Part shown: one piece after another, positions 53,509 to 64,000 of the stretch | Position numbering within the stretch: the first letter of the stretch is position 1 | How the letters are laid out: each line of letters begins with the position of its first letter | NCBI GenBank assembly: GCA_027489955.1 | Contig: JAIXYZ010000004.1 | Span: forward strand, 160,672-224,671 | Length of the DNA stretch: 64,000 nt | Origin: Hyphomicrobiales bacterium | GTDB taxonomy: Bacteria; Pseudomonadota; Alphaproteobacteria; Rhizobiales; Beijerinckiaceae | Reading direction: 5' to 3' | Made by a program: the position numbers and the translations under genes | The notes under the pieces: model-generated | What the model saw: the letters and a program-made list of their open reading frames with translations, nothing else | What the model was told of the DNA's origin: nothing | Databases searched by the model: none

Positions 53509-53565
53509 CGCATTTCCCGCCCGGCTCGCCTATGATTCGGCGGGGTCCATCAGGCCGGGACCGGC

Positions 53566-54852
53566 ATGCAGCGTCAAGGCGCGCCGCCGCGTAGCCGGGC
53601 CTTCGGCAATTCCCAGGCGGAGCGGCAGGTGACGGGCAGGCAAAGGGTCTCGGTGGCGGTGGCGGGCGCAGGCCATACGGGCCTTGCCGCCGCGCTCGCA
53701 TTTGCCGAGCGCCTGGGCGCCACGGCCTCCGTCGCGGTCTACGATCCGGCCCTTACCGGGCCGCCCGCGCCCGATCCGCGCCATTTCGCGCTGACCCCCG
53801 CCAGCCGCCGCCTGCTGCAGCGGATCGGCGTGTGGGACGGGCTCGGCGCCGTCCAGCCGATCGTGCGGATGGAGATCACCGACAGCCGGCTGGCCGATCC
53901 GGTCCGGCCCACGCTGCTCGCCTTCGGGGCGTCGGGGAGCCAGGACGCGCCCGAAGACGACGCGGCCGAAGACGGGGAGCCGCTCGCCCACATGGCCGGG
54001 AGCGACACCCTGCGTGCGGCGCTCCGGCGCCGGGCGGCCGAGGCCAGGATCGCCCTCGTCCCCCGCGCCGTCACGGGGCGTGCGCCCGAGGGTGGGTTCG
54101 CGCTCGACGACGGCGCGATCATCCGGCCGGACCTCATCGTGGTCGCCGACGGCGCGCGCTCGCGGCTGCGGGAGGCGTTGGGCGTCGGCTGGGTGTCCAG
54201 GCCCTTCGGCCAGCACGGCATCGTGGCGACGATCGCTCACGAGCGGGACCATGGCGGCGTCGCCGTCCAGCATTTCCTGCCCTCCGGCCCGTTCGCGATC
54301 CTGCCGCTGCCGCCCGGCGGGCGCCTCGGCCACCGCTCCTCCATCGTCTGGAGCGAGCGCAGCGACGCGGTCGAGGGTCTGTCCCATGCCGACGAGGCGG
54401 ACATCCTGCGGGAGATCGGCCGGCGCTTCGGCCACAGGCTGGGCGCCATCGCGCTGGAAACGCCGGTGCGGCCCTATCCGCTGGCGGCCGGCATCGCCCG
54501 GCGCTTCGCCGGCGCGGATTTCGCCCTCGTCGGGGATACCGCCCACGTCGTGCACCCGATCGCGGGGCAGGGCCTCAATCTGGGCCTGGGCGACGTGGAG
54601 TGCCTTGTGCGGGAGGTCGCCGGCGCGGTGCGGCTGGGCCTTGAGCCAGCGGACGGTGAGGCGCTGCGCAGCTACGAGCGCGCCCGGCGGCCGCACACGC
54701 TCGGCATGGGCCTGGCTATGGCAGGCCTCAACGGGCTCTTTTCCAACGATGCCGGGCCGCTGCGCCTGGCGCGGGATATCGGGATGGGGATCGTCGACCG
54801 CGCCCCGCGGCTGAAGGCGGCCCTGATGCGCCGGGCATCCGGCGTGGGCTAG
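53566..54852 (+). CDS. UbiH/UbiF/VisC/COQ6-family FAD-dependent ubiquinone-biosynthesis hydroxylase
   Basis: It has the FAD motif VAVAGAGHTGLAAA and the GD motif LVGDTAHVVHPIAGQGLNLG. An alternative GTG start at 53629 has GGAG 6 nt upstream. Confidence 0.85.
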   Translation: MQRQGAPPRSRAFGNSQAERQVTGRQRVSVAVAGAGHTGLAAALAFAERLGATASVAVYDPALTGPPAPDPRHFALTPASRRLLQRIGVWDGLGAVQPIVRMEITDSRLADPVRPTLLAFGASGSQDAPEDDAAEDGEPLAHMAGSDTLRAALRRRAAEARIALVPRAVTGRAPEGGFALDDGAIIRPDLIVVADGARSRLREALGVGWVSRPFGQHGIVATIAHERDHGGVAVQHFLPSGPFAILPLPPGGRLGHRSSIVWSERSDAVEGLSHADEADILREIGRRFGHRLGAIALETPVRPYPLAAGIARRFAGADFALVGDTAHVVHPIAGQGLNLGLGDVECLVREVAGAVRLGLEPADGEALRSYERARRPHTLGMGLAMAGLNGLFSNDAGPLRLARDIGMGIVDRAPRLKAALMRRASGVG

Positions 54853-54884
54853 AGGCGGACTGGGCTAGAGGCGCCCGGCAGTTT

Positions 54885-55145
54885 TCAGCGCAGGACGCGC
54901 GCCTCGTCCGGCAGCATGATCGGGATGCCGTCGCGGATCGGGTAGGCGAGCCGGGCGCGCCGGCTGATCAGCTCTTGGGCGTCGGCGTCGTAGTCGAGCC
55001 GGTCCTTGGTGAGCGGGCACACGAGCAGTTCCAGCAGCTTGCGGTCGGCCTGCTGCACGTGCTGGGGCACGAGCGGAACGGAGGCGCCATCCGGCGAAGG
55101 CGCGTCACCCGGAACTCTTTCGCCCGGAGCCGCTTCGTCGCTCAC
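54885..55145 (-). CDS. Trm112/UPF0434-family small protein
   Basis: [17 protein letters not shown]...[17 protein letters not shown]. The GTG start at 55145 forms a GTGA overlap with the upstream LON-domain gene. Confidence 0.75.
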   Translation of the reverse strand: MSDEAAPGERVPGDAPSPDGASVPLVPQHVQQADRKLLELLVCPLTKDRLDYDADAQELISRRARLAYPIRDGIPIMLPDEARVLR

Positions 55146-55807
55146 TGCAGGCTGCCCTCGCCCTCGCCGTCGCGGGCGATATCCATCTCGGTGATCGCCA
55201 CGAGGACCTCGGCGCGGGTGCGCAGGTCCGGCGCCTCCAGCAGCGCCTGCTTCTCCCGCGGGCCGAAGGGGCTCATCATCGACAGGGCGTTGACCAGCGC
55301 CTCGTTCGGCGCCTCGTTCACGCCTTTCCAGTCGATCTTGAGGGCATTGACGCGGGCAAAATCGCGCAGCGCGCGCACCACGGCGTCGCGGTCCACGGCG
55401 GATTCGCCCGCCCTCGCCTCGAAATCGGCGAGGAAGTCCGCGTAGGAGACCTGGCACTGGCGGTACGGCGTCGCGGAGGCCAGCTCCTGCTCGATGCGGA
55501 AGCGCGCGACGCCGGTCAGCGTGATGAGATAGCGCCCGTCGCCGGTCTCGGCGAACTGGGTGATGCGTCCCAGGCACCCGACGCTGTAGAGGTCAGGCCG
55601 CTCGCCGCCGCCGCCTTCCTCGTCCGGCTGCACGATGCCGATGACGCGCTGGCCCTTCAGGGCGTCGTCGATCATCGCGAGATAGCGCGGCTCGAAGATG
55701 TTGAGCGGCATCTGCCCGCGCGGCAGGAGCAGCGCGCCCGACAGCGGGAAGACCGCGATGACGTCGGGGCAGTCCCCCGGATCGCGGTAGACGGCGTTGG
55801 TGCTCAT
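55142..55807 (-). CDS. LON peptidase substrate-binding (N-terminal) domain-only protein
   Basis: 221 aa from the ATG at 55807: [32 protein letters not shown].... There is no ATPase or protease domain. Confidence 0.8.
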   Translation of the reverse strand: MSTNAVYRDPGDCPDVIAVFPLSGALLLPRGQMPLNIFEPRYLAMIDDALKGQRVIGIVQPDEEGGGGERPDLYSVGCLGRITQFAETGDGRYLITLTGVARFRIEQELASATPYRQCQVSYADFLADFEARAGESAVDRDAVVRALRDFARVNALKIDWKGVNEAPNEALVNALSMMSPFGPREKQALLEAPDLRTRAEVLVAITEMDIARDGEGEGSLQ

Positions 55808-55841
55808 GTTGGTGCCCTCGGCAACCTTCAAAATGCCCCCG

Positions 55842-56762
55842 TCAGGCGAACAGGACGGCCGACAGGCGCCGGCGCCCCTGGATGCTGGCATCGTCCATCG
55901 GACCCCAGGCCTCGAACATCTGCAGCAATTGCTTGCGCGCGGCCTCCTCGTTCCATCCGCGCTCGCGGCGGACGATCTCGATGAGATGGGCCACGGCCTC
56001 CAGCTTGCGGCCGCGAGCGGCCTCGGCAAGCGCGAGGTCGAACCGGCTCTGGTGATCGGCCGGATCGGCGGCGATGCGGCGCTCCAGCTCCGCCGTGTCG
56101 CCGAGCGAGGCGGCCTGCTCGGCCAGCTCCAGCGCGGCGCGGGCGGCGGCGAGCTCCGGCGAGGCGGTATCCGCCGGGGCGGTGGCCAAAACCTCGCGGG
56201 CGCCGTCCAGGTCGCCGAGCGCAAGGCGCGCCTGCGTCAGGCCCGCAAGCGCGGGCAGCGAGGCGGGATCGCGGGAGAGCACCGCGGCATAGACGTCGCT
56301 GGCGCCGTCCATGTCACCGGCCGCGGCCAGAGCGGCCGCCTCATCCAGCGCCTCCTGCAGGGGCGAGACGGCGGGGCCGACGAGCCGGGCGATGAAGGCC
56401 GCGATCTGGCTCTCCTGCACGTTGCCGACGAAGCCGTCGACCGGCTGGCCCTTGCTGAAGGCGATGACGGCGGGGATCGACTGGATGCCGAGCTGGCCCG
56501 GGATCTCCGGGTTCTCGTCCACGTTCATCTTCACGAGCTTGACCTTGCCGCCCGCAGCGGCGACGGCGCGCTCCAGGATCGGGGCGAGCTGCTTGCACGG
56601 GCCGCACCACGGCGCCCAGAAATCCACCAGGACCGGCTGCTTCAGGCTCTCGTTCATCACCTCCTGGCGGAAGGTGGCGGTGGTGACGTCGCGGATGCCG
56701 GCAGTAGGCGCCGCGCCGACGCTGGCAGTGGCAAAACCCTGGAATGAGGCCGTCTGGTTCAT
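55842..56762 (-). CDS. thioredoxin-domain co-chaperone (YbbN/Trx-TPR type)
   Basis: 306 aa with WAPWCGPCK followed by a TPR-like helical C-terminal half. Confidence 0.85.
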   Translation of the reverse strand: MNQTASFQGFATASVGAAPTAGIRDVTTATFRQEVMNESLKQPVLVDFWAPWCGPCKQLAPILERAVAAAGGKVKLVKMNVDENPEIPGQLGIQSIPAVIAFSKGQPVDGFVGNVQESQIAAFIARLVGPAVSPLQEALDEAAALAAAGDMDGASDVYAAVLSRDPASLPALAGLTQARLALGDLDGAREVLATAPADTASPELAAARAALELAEQAASLGDTAELERRIAADPADHQSRFDLALAEAARGRKLEAVAHLIEIVRRERGWNEEAARKQLLQMFEAWGPMDDASIQGRRRLSAVLFA

Positions 56763-56854
56763 GGAGCGGTCGGTCCTGTTCGGTCGCGCGGGGCAGGCTC
56801 CCGTCCCCCATCAGATGGGGACAAAGCCGGCGAAAGGCAATCCGCGCGGTCCGA

Positions 56855-57421
56855 TCAGGCCGGCGGGGCGGGCAGCGCCACGATGGCAGGCTCGTGGCCG
56901 GTGGCGCGCAGGAAGCGCAGGAGATCCTCCCGCGCAATCGATGTGGTCATCGTGTTGACCAGCGGGTGGACGTTGAGCGGCTCGTGCTCCATGAGCGCCG
57001 CGTCGAGGATGACGGAGACCAGGCCCTCCCGGTCGTTCAGGGCGGCGAGCGGCGTCACCGAGCCGGGCTCAACCCCCAGCACGGCCCGCAGCGTGTCGGC
57101 GCTGCAGAAGGACAGCCGCCCGGAGGCGCCGATGGCCTCGTGCAGCCGCTTGAGGTCGATGCGCGTCTCCTCCTCGGCGACGACGAGGAAGAGCCGGCCC
57201 TTCTTGTCCTTGAGAAAGAGGTTCTTCACGTGCCCGCCGGGGATGATGCCGCGCAGGTGGCGGCTCTGCTCAACGGTGAAGACGGCGGCGTGCCGCGTCG
57301 TGGTCACCGCGAGGCCAAGCTCCGCAAGGCGCGCGAAGACGGGCGCCGCCCGGGCGTCGTCCTCCTCGGGCCTGGCTTCGTGCCGCTGATCGGCGGGATC
57401 GGAGGTGGAACGGTCGTGCAT
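56855..57421 (-). CDS. YbaK/ProX-type aminoacyl-tRNA deacylase domain protein
   Basis: 188 aa from the ATG at 57421, with YbaK/EbsC-like blocks (KNLFLKDKKGRLFLVV..., HPL). Confidence 0.78.
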   Translation of the reverse strand: MHDRSTSDPADQRHEARPEEDDARAAPVFARLAELGLAVTTTRHAAVFTVEQSRHLRGIIPGGHVKNLFLKDKKGRLFLVVAEEETRIDLKRLHEAIGASGRLSFCSADTLRAVLGVEPGSVTPLAALNDREGLVSVILDAALMEHEPLNVHPLVNTMTTSIAREDLLRFLRATGHEPAIVALPAPPA

Positions 57422-57583
57422 GGGGCGTTCTCTAGCGGCGCGCGCGGCCGCCCTCAAGCGGGTGCGCGGCCCGCGGCGGACGGGCATCGCCGCCCGAACC
57501 GCGCCCTACCGTTACAAGAGACTTGCATCGGCCGCCGGTTTGGGGCATCAACCGCCCGCGGCCCGCAAGGCCGCCCCACGGAT

Positions 57584-57658
57584 GCGGGTGTAGCTCAGGG
57601 GTAGAGCACAACCTTGCCAAGGTTGGGGTCGAGGGTTCGAATCCCTTCGCCCGCTCCA
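57584..57658 (+). tRNA. tRNA-Gly (anticodon GCC), CCA encoded
   Basis: The cloverleaf was folded by hand. The acceptor stem is GCGGGTG/CGCCCGC (one G-U pair), the D-arm is TAGCTCAGGGGTAGAGCA, the anticodon stem-loop is CAACC-TTGCCAA-GGTTG, and the T-arm is GAGGGTTCGAATCCCTT. A 3' CCA is present. Confidence 0.93.
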
Positions 57659-57687
57659 GTTTCTCTCTCTTTATCGCGCGCAGGTCT

Positions 57688-57722
57688 GCCGCCGGACGGT
57701 CTCGTCCTGGCGGCTTTTCGTT
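57688..57722 (+). terminator. rho-independent terminator after tRNA-Gly
   Basis: The hairpin GCCGCCGGACG-GTCT-CGTCC(T)GGCGGC is followed by TTTTCGTT. Confidence 0.6.
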
Positions 57723-57750
57723 CGGCGCGGCCGCTTCGGCCTTCCCACCC

Positions 57751-58245
57751 TCAGCCCCCCGGCATGAGCCGCGGGTCGATCGCCAGGTCGGCGCGGGCGG
57801 GCACCTTCACCAGGGCTTCGCCGTCCAGCACGACCTCCCCGTCCACCGAGCAGGTGCAGGCAAGGCGCGCGCGGCGCCTCTCGGGGAAGAGCTCGGCGAC
57901 GCAGACCTCGACGACGACCGTGTCGCCGATGCGCACGGGCGCGCGGAAGTTCAGGGTCTGGCTCATGTAGATCGCCCCGGGCCCAGGCAGGCGCGTGCCC
58001 AGCACGGCGGAGATGAGGCCGGCGGTGTACAGGCCGTGGGCGATCCGCGTGCCGAAGGGCGTGCGCGCGGCGAAATGCTCCGAGAGGTGGATCGGGTTGC
58101 GGTCGCCGGTGATCTCGGCAAAGCCCACGACGTCGGAGGACGACACGGTCTTCTCCAGCCGGTCGCTCATGCCCACCGCCAGGTCCTCGAAGCCCAGGAT
58201 CCGCAATTCCGGCGTCATCGTTTGGCCCTCAAGCTCATGCTGCAC
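57751..58245 (-). CDS. MaoC-family (R)-specific enoyl-CoA hydratase / dehydratase
   Basis: 164-aa hot-dog fold with FAEITGDRNPIHL. Confidence 0.85.
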   Translation of the reverse strand: MQHELEGQTMTPELRILGFEDLAVGMSDRLEKTVSSSDVVGFAEITGDRNPIHLSEHFAARTPFGTRIAHGLYTAGLISAVLGTRLPGPGAIYMSQTLNFRAPVRIGDTVVVEVCVAELFPERRRARLACTCSVDGEVVLDGEALVKVPARADLAIDPRLMPGG

Positions 58246-58306
58246 TGCACCCGGTCCCGTCTGTACCGGATTTGCGCTTGACGATCCGCCCCGCCAAACG
58301 ATCTAG

Positions 58307-59998
<1,692 letters not shown>

Positions 59999-60070
59999 CG
60001 GGGAACGGGAGGCGGCCTGAGCGGGTTGGTCCCGCACCTGCCATCCCAGTTCCCGAAGGAGCGATTGTCC

Positions 60071-60382
60071 ATGAACCGCAAGCCCGACCAGCAGCCGGGA
60101 GAGACCCGGCGCGAGCAGGACGAATTCCTCGACGCCATCGCCGAGACGCCGGGCGTGGGCATCGACGCGCCGGTGCCGCCGCTGGAGGCGGTGCCCCGCT
60201 CCCACGAGACAATGGACGGGGACGACCCCACCCATCCGGTCCGCGACATGGACGCGGACGATCCCCTGCCCGAGGACATCGAGGACGAGATCTCCGAGGA
60301 GGGCCGCGCCGAGCTCACGCCCGAGCGGATCGAAAACGGCCAGATGGGCACGACCCGGCGCACGCCGGCGGACGACATCTGA
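60071..60382 (+). CDS. hypothetical small acidic protein
   Basis: 103 aa from the ATG at 60071, preceded by AAGGAG 9 nt upstream. It is very D/E/P-rich (DMDADDPLPEDIEDEISEEG). I recognise no family. Confidence 0.5.
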   Translation: MNRKPDQQPGETRREQDEFLDAIAETPGVGIDAPVPPLEAVPRSHETMDGDDPTHPVRDMDADDPLPEDIEDEISEEGRAELTPERIENGQMGTTRRTPADDI

Positions 60383-60420
60383 GGCGCCCGCCCGTCGTTT
60401 TTTCGGCGAACGCATGCGAG

Positions 60421-60455
60421 GAGGCACTCCGGCGGCAGGTCCGCCGGAGTGCCTC
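60421..60455. repeat. perfect 15-bp-stem hairpin GAGGCACTCCGGCGG-CAGGT-CCGCCGGAGTGCCTC
   Basis: Read directly. It lies between the convergent acidic-protein gene and the 55-aa membrane-protein gene and is a possible bidirectional terminator. Confidence 0.6.
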
Positions 60456-60513
60456 ATGTCGTCGACCGGTGGCGGATTGCTGGATCCGCGCCTGTCGGCC
60501 GGTGCTCGTTCCG

Positions 60514-60681
60514 TCAGAAGACGGCGAGATAGCGCAGCAGCGACAGGATGCCGATGATGATCACGATGATGCGCGCGATCTGCTTGGCGCGGCCATCGAT
60601 CGGCAGCAGGTTGATCAGATACAGGATGAGCACGATGACCAGGACGGTCACCAGCAGGCTGATCAGCAGTGTCATAGTCAT
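60514..60681 (-). CDS. hypothetical 55-aa two-helix membrane protein
   Basis: Hand translation gives MTMTLLISLLVTVLVIVLILYLINLLPIDGRAKQIARIIVIIIGILSLLRYLAVF. It is below the ORF-track length cut-off. There are two hydrophobic helices around a short basic loop. Confidence 0.5.
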   Translation of the reverse strand: MTMTLLISLLVTVLVIVLILYLINLLPIDGRAKQIARIIVIIIGILSLLRYLAVF

Positions 60682-60766
60682 GCCCCCTTCAGGCCGGACG
60701 CAATGGTGATCTTAACCGGACGACGCGTCCGTCCGCGTCCGGGTCGGCGTCACGCCGCGATGGAAA

Positions 60767-61000
60767 TCAGGGATCGAGCGCCAGGTCCACGCTGACACGT
60801 TTCGGGTCCGCATGCGCGTGCGACGGGTCGTCGACGATGAGCTGACGGGCGCGCGCCTTGAACTCGCCCCACGATCCGAGGCGCGAGCCGCAGCCGCTGC
60901 ACCGGATCATCGACGCGTCCTCGGGAGCGTCCGGCAGCATGATGGCCGGGCTCCCGCAGGTGTCGCAGGCAAAGCTCGACAGAAGCGCGAAACCACCCAT
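60767..61000 (-). CDS. hypothetical small zinc-ribbon protein (CxxC...CxxC)
   Basis: MGGFALLSSFACDTCGSPAIMLPDAPEDASMIRCSGCGSRLGSWGEF.... GGAGA lies 6 nt upstream of the ATG at 61000. An alternative ATG is at 61006, and the track ORF runs to 61084. Confidence 0.5.
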   Translation of the reverse strand: MGGFALLSSFACDTCGSPAIMLPDAPEDASMIRCSGCGSRLGSWGEFKARARQLIVDDPSHAHADPKRVSVDLALDP

Positions 61001-61176
61001 CGTCATTCTCCACGCAAGGCAAACCAGGCTCACAACGTTCCTGATGCGGGAGGGTTCCGAAGAATGTTGCGCTGCACGCGGCACCCCGGTCCGGCGCTGA
61101 GGCCCGTTTGCCCGGCGGGGCTTCGCCGTGGTAGCGCATCCCCGGCCGCGCGGCAGACGCTGCCGCCCCGATCCGG

Positions 61177-62946
61177 TTGAAAATGGCCCTGAAGACGCCG
61201 ATCCCGCTCACCAACGACACCGTGGCCGCCGTCCGCCGCCTCTGGCACGGCTGGCTGAAGGCGCACTGGCCGACCCTGTCGCTGGTCATGGTCTTCATCG
61301 CGCTCGTGGCGGCGATGACGGGGCTCTATCCGGTCCTGATCAAGCAGGCCTTCGAGGCGTTCTCGGCCAAGGACCGGCAGGCGATCCTGCTGGCGCCGTT
61401 CTTCGTGATCGGCGTCACCGCGATCAAGGGCTTCTCCCTCTACGCGCAGACGGTGCTGACCAACCGCGTGGTAACGCGGGTGGAGGCGGACATGCAGACC
61501 GCGCTCTACGCCCACCTGGTGGATGCCGACCTCGCCCAGGTGGGGCGGGAGAGCCCCGCCGCCCTCACCCAGCGCTTCACCACCGACTTCGCCTACATCA
61601 AGGAGGCGCTGACCCGCCTTTCCACCGTGTTCCTGCGGGACCTCGCCACGGTCGTCGCGCTTGTGGCGACGATGATCTGGATCGACCCGGCGCTGACGCT
61701 GGGCGCGGCCGTGATCGCGCCGTTCGTCGCGATCCCCATCGCGCGCATCGGCAAGAAGCTGCGGCGGGTCTCCACCTCCACCCAGGAGGAGATCGGCGCC
61801 ATGGCGGGCATGGTCTCGGAGAGCCTGTCGGGCCTTCGCTTCGCCAAGGCGTTCAGGCTGGAATCCTATCTCAAGGGCCGGGCCGCGCGGGCCTTCGACA
61901 CGGTGCGCATGCTCAAGATGAAGACCGCCAATGCCCGCGGCCGGCTCGACCCCCTGCTGGAAGTGGGCGGCGGCATCGCAGTCGCGGTCGTCTTCGTGCT
62001 GATCGGCCTGAGGATCGTAGCGGGCGAGACCACGATCGGCGATTTCACCGGCTTCGTCACGGCCCTGCTGCTGGCCGCCCAGCCGATCCGTGCCATCGGC
62101 AACCTCAACGCGATCATGCAGGAGGCGATGGCGGCTTTGACGCGCTATTTCGCGATCCTCGACGAAGCGCCGCGGATCGTCGACGCGCCGGGAGCGGCCC
62201 CGCTCGCGGTGACGACGGGGACGATCGCGTTCCGGGGCGTCTCCTTCCGCTACCGCGACGACGTTCCGGCCCTCGACGGCATCGACCTTACCGTGCCGGG
62301 CGGGACCACGACCGCCCTCGTCGGACGCTCCGGCTCGGGCAAGTCGACGCTGCTGTCGCTGGTGCCGCGCCTGTATGACGCGACCGCCGGCCGGGTGGAG
62401 ATCGACGGGCAGGACGTGCGCGCGGTGACGCTCGACAGCCTGCGCACGCAGATCTCCGTGGTGAGCCAGGACGTGGTGCTGTTCGACGACACGGTGCGCG
62501 CCAACATCGCCTTCGGCCGTCCCGGCGCCACGCAGGCCGAGATCGAGGCGGCGGCGCAGGCGGCCGCGGCCGCAGGCTTCATCGCGGCGATGCCGGAAGG
62601 CTACGACACGCGCGTCGGCCCGGCGGGCTCGCGCCTGTCGGGCGGAGAGCGCCAGCGGATATCGCTGGCCCGCGCCATCCTGAAGGACGCGCCGATCCTG
62701 CTTCTGGACGAGGCGACCTCCGCCCTCGACGCGGAGAGCGAGCGGCTGGTGCAGGACGCGCTCGCCCGGTTGATGGAGGGGCGCACGACGCTCGTCATCG
62801 CCCATCGCCTCTCGACCATCCGTCACGCCGACCAGATCGTGGTCATGGATTCAGGCCGCATCGCCGAGACCGGCCGCCACGAGGACCTGTCCTCGGCGGG
62901 CGGCATCTACGCCACGCTCAACCGCCTGCAGCTGCTGGACGGCTGA
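61177..62946 (+). CDS. ABC transporter permease/ATP-binding fusion protein (MsbA-like exporter)
   Basis: 589 aa with a six-TM exporter domain, Walker A GRSGSGKST, signature LSGGERQR and Walker B ILLLDEATSALD. Confidence 0.9.
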   Translation: MKMALKTPIPLTNDTVAAVRRLWHGWLKAHWPTLSLVMVFIALVAAMTGLYPVLIKQAFEAFSAKDRQAILLAPFFVIGVTAIKGFSLYAQTVLTNRVVTRVEADMQTALYAHLVDADLAQVGRESPAALTQRFTTDFAYIKEALTRLSTVFLRDLATVVALVATMIWIDPALTLGAAVIAPFVAIPIARIGKKLRRVSTSTQEEIGAMAGMVSESLSGLRFAKAFRLESYLKGRAARAFDTVRMLKMKTANARGRLDPLLEVGGGIAVAVVFVLIGLRIVAGETTIGDFTGFVTALLLAAQPIRAIGNLNAIMQEAMAALTRYFAILDEAPRIVDAPGAAPLAVTTGTIAFRGVSFRYRDDVPALDGIDLTVPGGTTTALVGRSGSGKSTLLSLVPRLYDATAGRVEIDGQDVRAVTLDSLRTQISVVSQDVVLFDDTVRANIAFGRPGATQAEIEAAAQAAAAAGFIAAMPEGYDTRVGPAGSRLSGGERQRISLARAILKDAPILLLDEATSALDAESERLVQDALARLMEGRTTLVIAHRLSTIRHADQIVVMDSGRIAETGRHEDLSSAGGIYATLNRLQLLDG

Positions 62947-63672
62947 CTATTCGCGCTTGAGCAGGCGGTCGGCGAGCAGCGTCGACCAGAAACCGGGGCG
63001 GAAGTCCCGCTCCAGCGCCTGCGGGTCGTAGACATCGCGCACCCAGTCCAGGAACGGGATGCCCCGCGCCTCGCCCTCCTCGCGATAGCGCAGGATGAAG
63101 GCGTCGAGGATGCCGGTCTTGGCGAAGCGGAAATGGCCGAAGCGCCAGTGGAGCTGGTCGAGGGCCTCGGCGGCGCTGCCCTTCTCCACGATGAGCACGT
63201 AGAGCGCGGCCATGAAGCCGGCGCGGTCGGCGCCGGACTTGCAATGGACCAGGACCGGATAGGCGATGCGGGCGAAGAAGTCCGGCAGGGCGAGGATCGT
63301 CTCGCGCTCCGGCGCCGCGCGGGAGCGCAGCACGAACTCCTCGAGCTTCAGGCCGGCGCGCTCGCAGGCCTCCTTCTCCAGCGGCCAGGCCCCGAACTCG
63401 CGCCCGCCGCGCAGCGTCACGACGGTGCGGATGCCGGCCCGGCGCGCCAGCCGGGCGATCTGGTGGGGCGCGGGCTGCGCGGCGCGCCAGAAGCGGTCCC
63501 CGACCCGGTGGAGGTTGAGATAGGCCAGGCGGAACACGCCGTGGTCCGACAGGACCATGTTGGCCCAGGCGCGGGCGCGGTCGCCCGTCCCGGTCAGGGG
63601 ACGGTCCCACCGGGCGATCCGCGCCATGCGCCGGGCATAGCGGGTTTCGGGTTTGAGGAAGCGCTTGAGCAC
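62947..63672 (-). CDS. protein-tyrosine/dual-specificity phosphatase family protein (CX5R)
   Basis: It has the active-site loop [11 protein letters not shown]. The GTG start at 63672 gives [25 protein letters not shown].... The track ORF is over-extended to 63921. Confidence 0.78.
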   Translation of the reverse strand: MLKRFLKPETRYARRMARIARWDRPLTGTGDRARAWANMVLSDHGVFRLAYLNLHRVGDRFWRAAQPAPHQIARLARRAGIRTVVTLRGGREFGAWPLEKEACERAGLKLEEFVLRSRAAPERETILALPDFFARIAYPVLVHCKSGADRAGFMAALYVLIVEKGSAAEALDQLHWRFGHFRFAKTGILDAFILRYREEGEARGIPFLDWVRDVYDPQALERDFRPGFWSTLLADRLLKRE

Positions 63673-63805
63673 GCCGCCTGCTACCAGCCCGGCCGCCCGC
63701 GGGCAAGGAAGGGTCGCCCCGATGTCCGTCGGCGCTTGCCGCTGCAATGCAGCATGGCTAGAGAGGGCGCCGCCGGCCGACGACGCGCCGGCTGAGGAGC
63801 TTCCC

Positions 63806-64000
63806 ATGCGTCTCGATGCCATTTCCATCGGCAAGAACCCGCCCCACGAGGTCAATGTCGTGATCGAGGTGCCGATCGGCGGCGAGCCCATCAAGTACGA
63901 GATGGACAAGGCCGCCGGCACGCTGGTGGTGGACCGTTTCCTCTACACGCCCATGCGCTATCCGGGGAATTATGGCTTCATCCCCCACACGCTGTCGGAG
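63806..64000 (+). CDS. ppa: inorganic diphosphatase (N-terminal part; truncated by the window end)
   Basis: Hand translation from the ATG at 63806 gives [65 protein letters not shown], a family I PPase signature. Confidence 0.9.
   Translation, partial: MRLDAISIGKNPPHEVNVVIEVPIGGEPIKYEMDKAAGTLVVDRFLYTPMRYPGNYGFIPHTLSE

Noticed and set aside
57584-57750. tRNA-Gly as a possible genomic-island integration site.
   Set aside because: No integrase, no direct repeat of the tRNA 3' end and no atypical genes follow it. The next genes (maoC, pgm) are ordinary metabolism genes.

Overview
This window is a very GC-rich, densely packed core chromosomal segment of an alphaproteobacterium, judged from gene content and synteny to be Hyphomicrobiales/Rhizobiales-like. 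I could not assign a genus. It appears to be the origin-proximal region.

Gene content, left to right:
- lnt-corC-ybeY-phoH-miaB, fur, rimI-tsaB, nfu, usp, trpS, murJ and hslVU.
- The hisB-DUF2628-hisHAFE-coaA operon.
- A ParDE toxin-antitoxin pair, then an adenosine kinase.
- An mltA-smr-HTH unit, a Tim44-like gene and secB.
- dnaQ-coaE-aroE and a DUF299/ppsR-like gene.
- A 444-bp gap that looks like oriC.
- hemE-hemJ, rho, an antisense yyaL-like gene, and mnmE-mnmG-rsmG-parA-parB.
- holA-lptE-leuS, yggS, a HAD hydrolase, and an L,D-transpeptidase.
- An OmpR-type regulator, a cNMP-domain protein, xth, a lolA-like gene and ftsK.
- glnK-amtB, tesB, a ubiH-family gene, trm112, a LON-domain protein, and a ybbN-like thioredoxin.
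- A ybaK-like gene, tRNA-Gly, maoC, pgm, three tiny orphan genes, an MsbA-like ABC exporter, a CX5R phosphatase, and the start of ppa.

I found no transposase, integrase, prophage, CRISPR array or recognisable defence island. I do not see convincing evidence for a new multi-gene system. The only clearly accessory module is the ParDE pair.

The most interesting signals are non-coding:
- A probable replication origin next to hemE, with a CtrA box, DnaA-box-like repeats, GANTC sites and an AT-rich tract.
- Two perfect 16-bp parS palindromes bracketing mnmG, plus a one-mismatch copy inside coaE.
- A second perfect CtrA-type box in front of ftsK.
- A compact three-hairpin RNA-like element upstream of xth.
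- A C-rich rho leader.

The many long ORFs antisense to real genes are high-GC artefacts. All coordinates and motif matches were read by eye. No database search or computation was possible.
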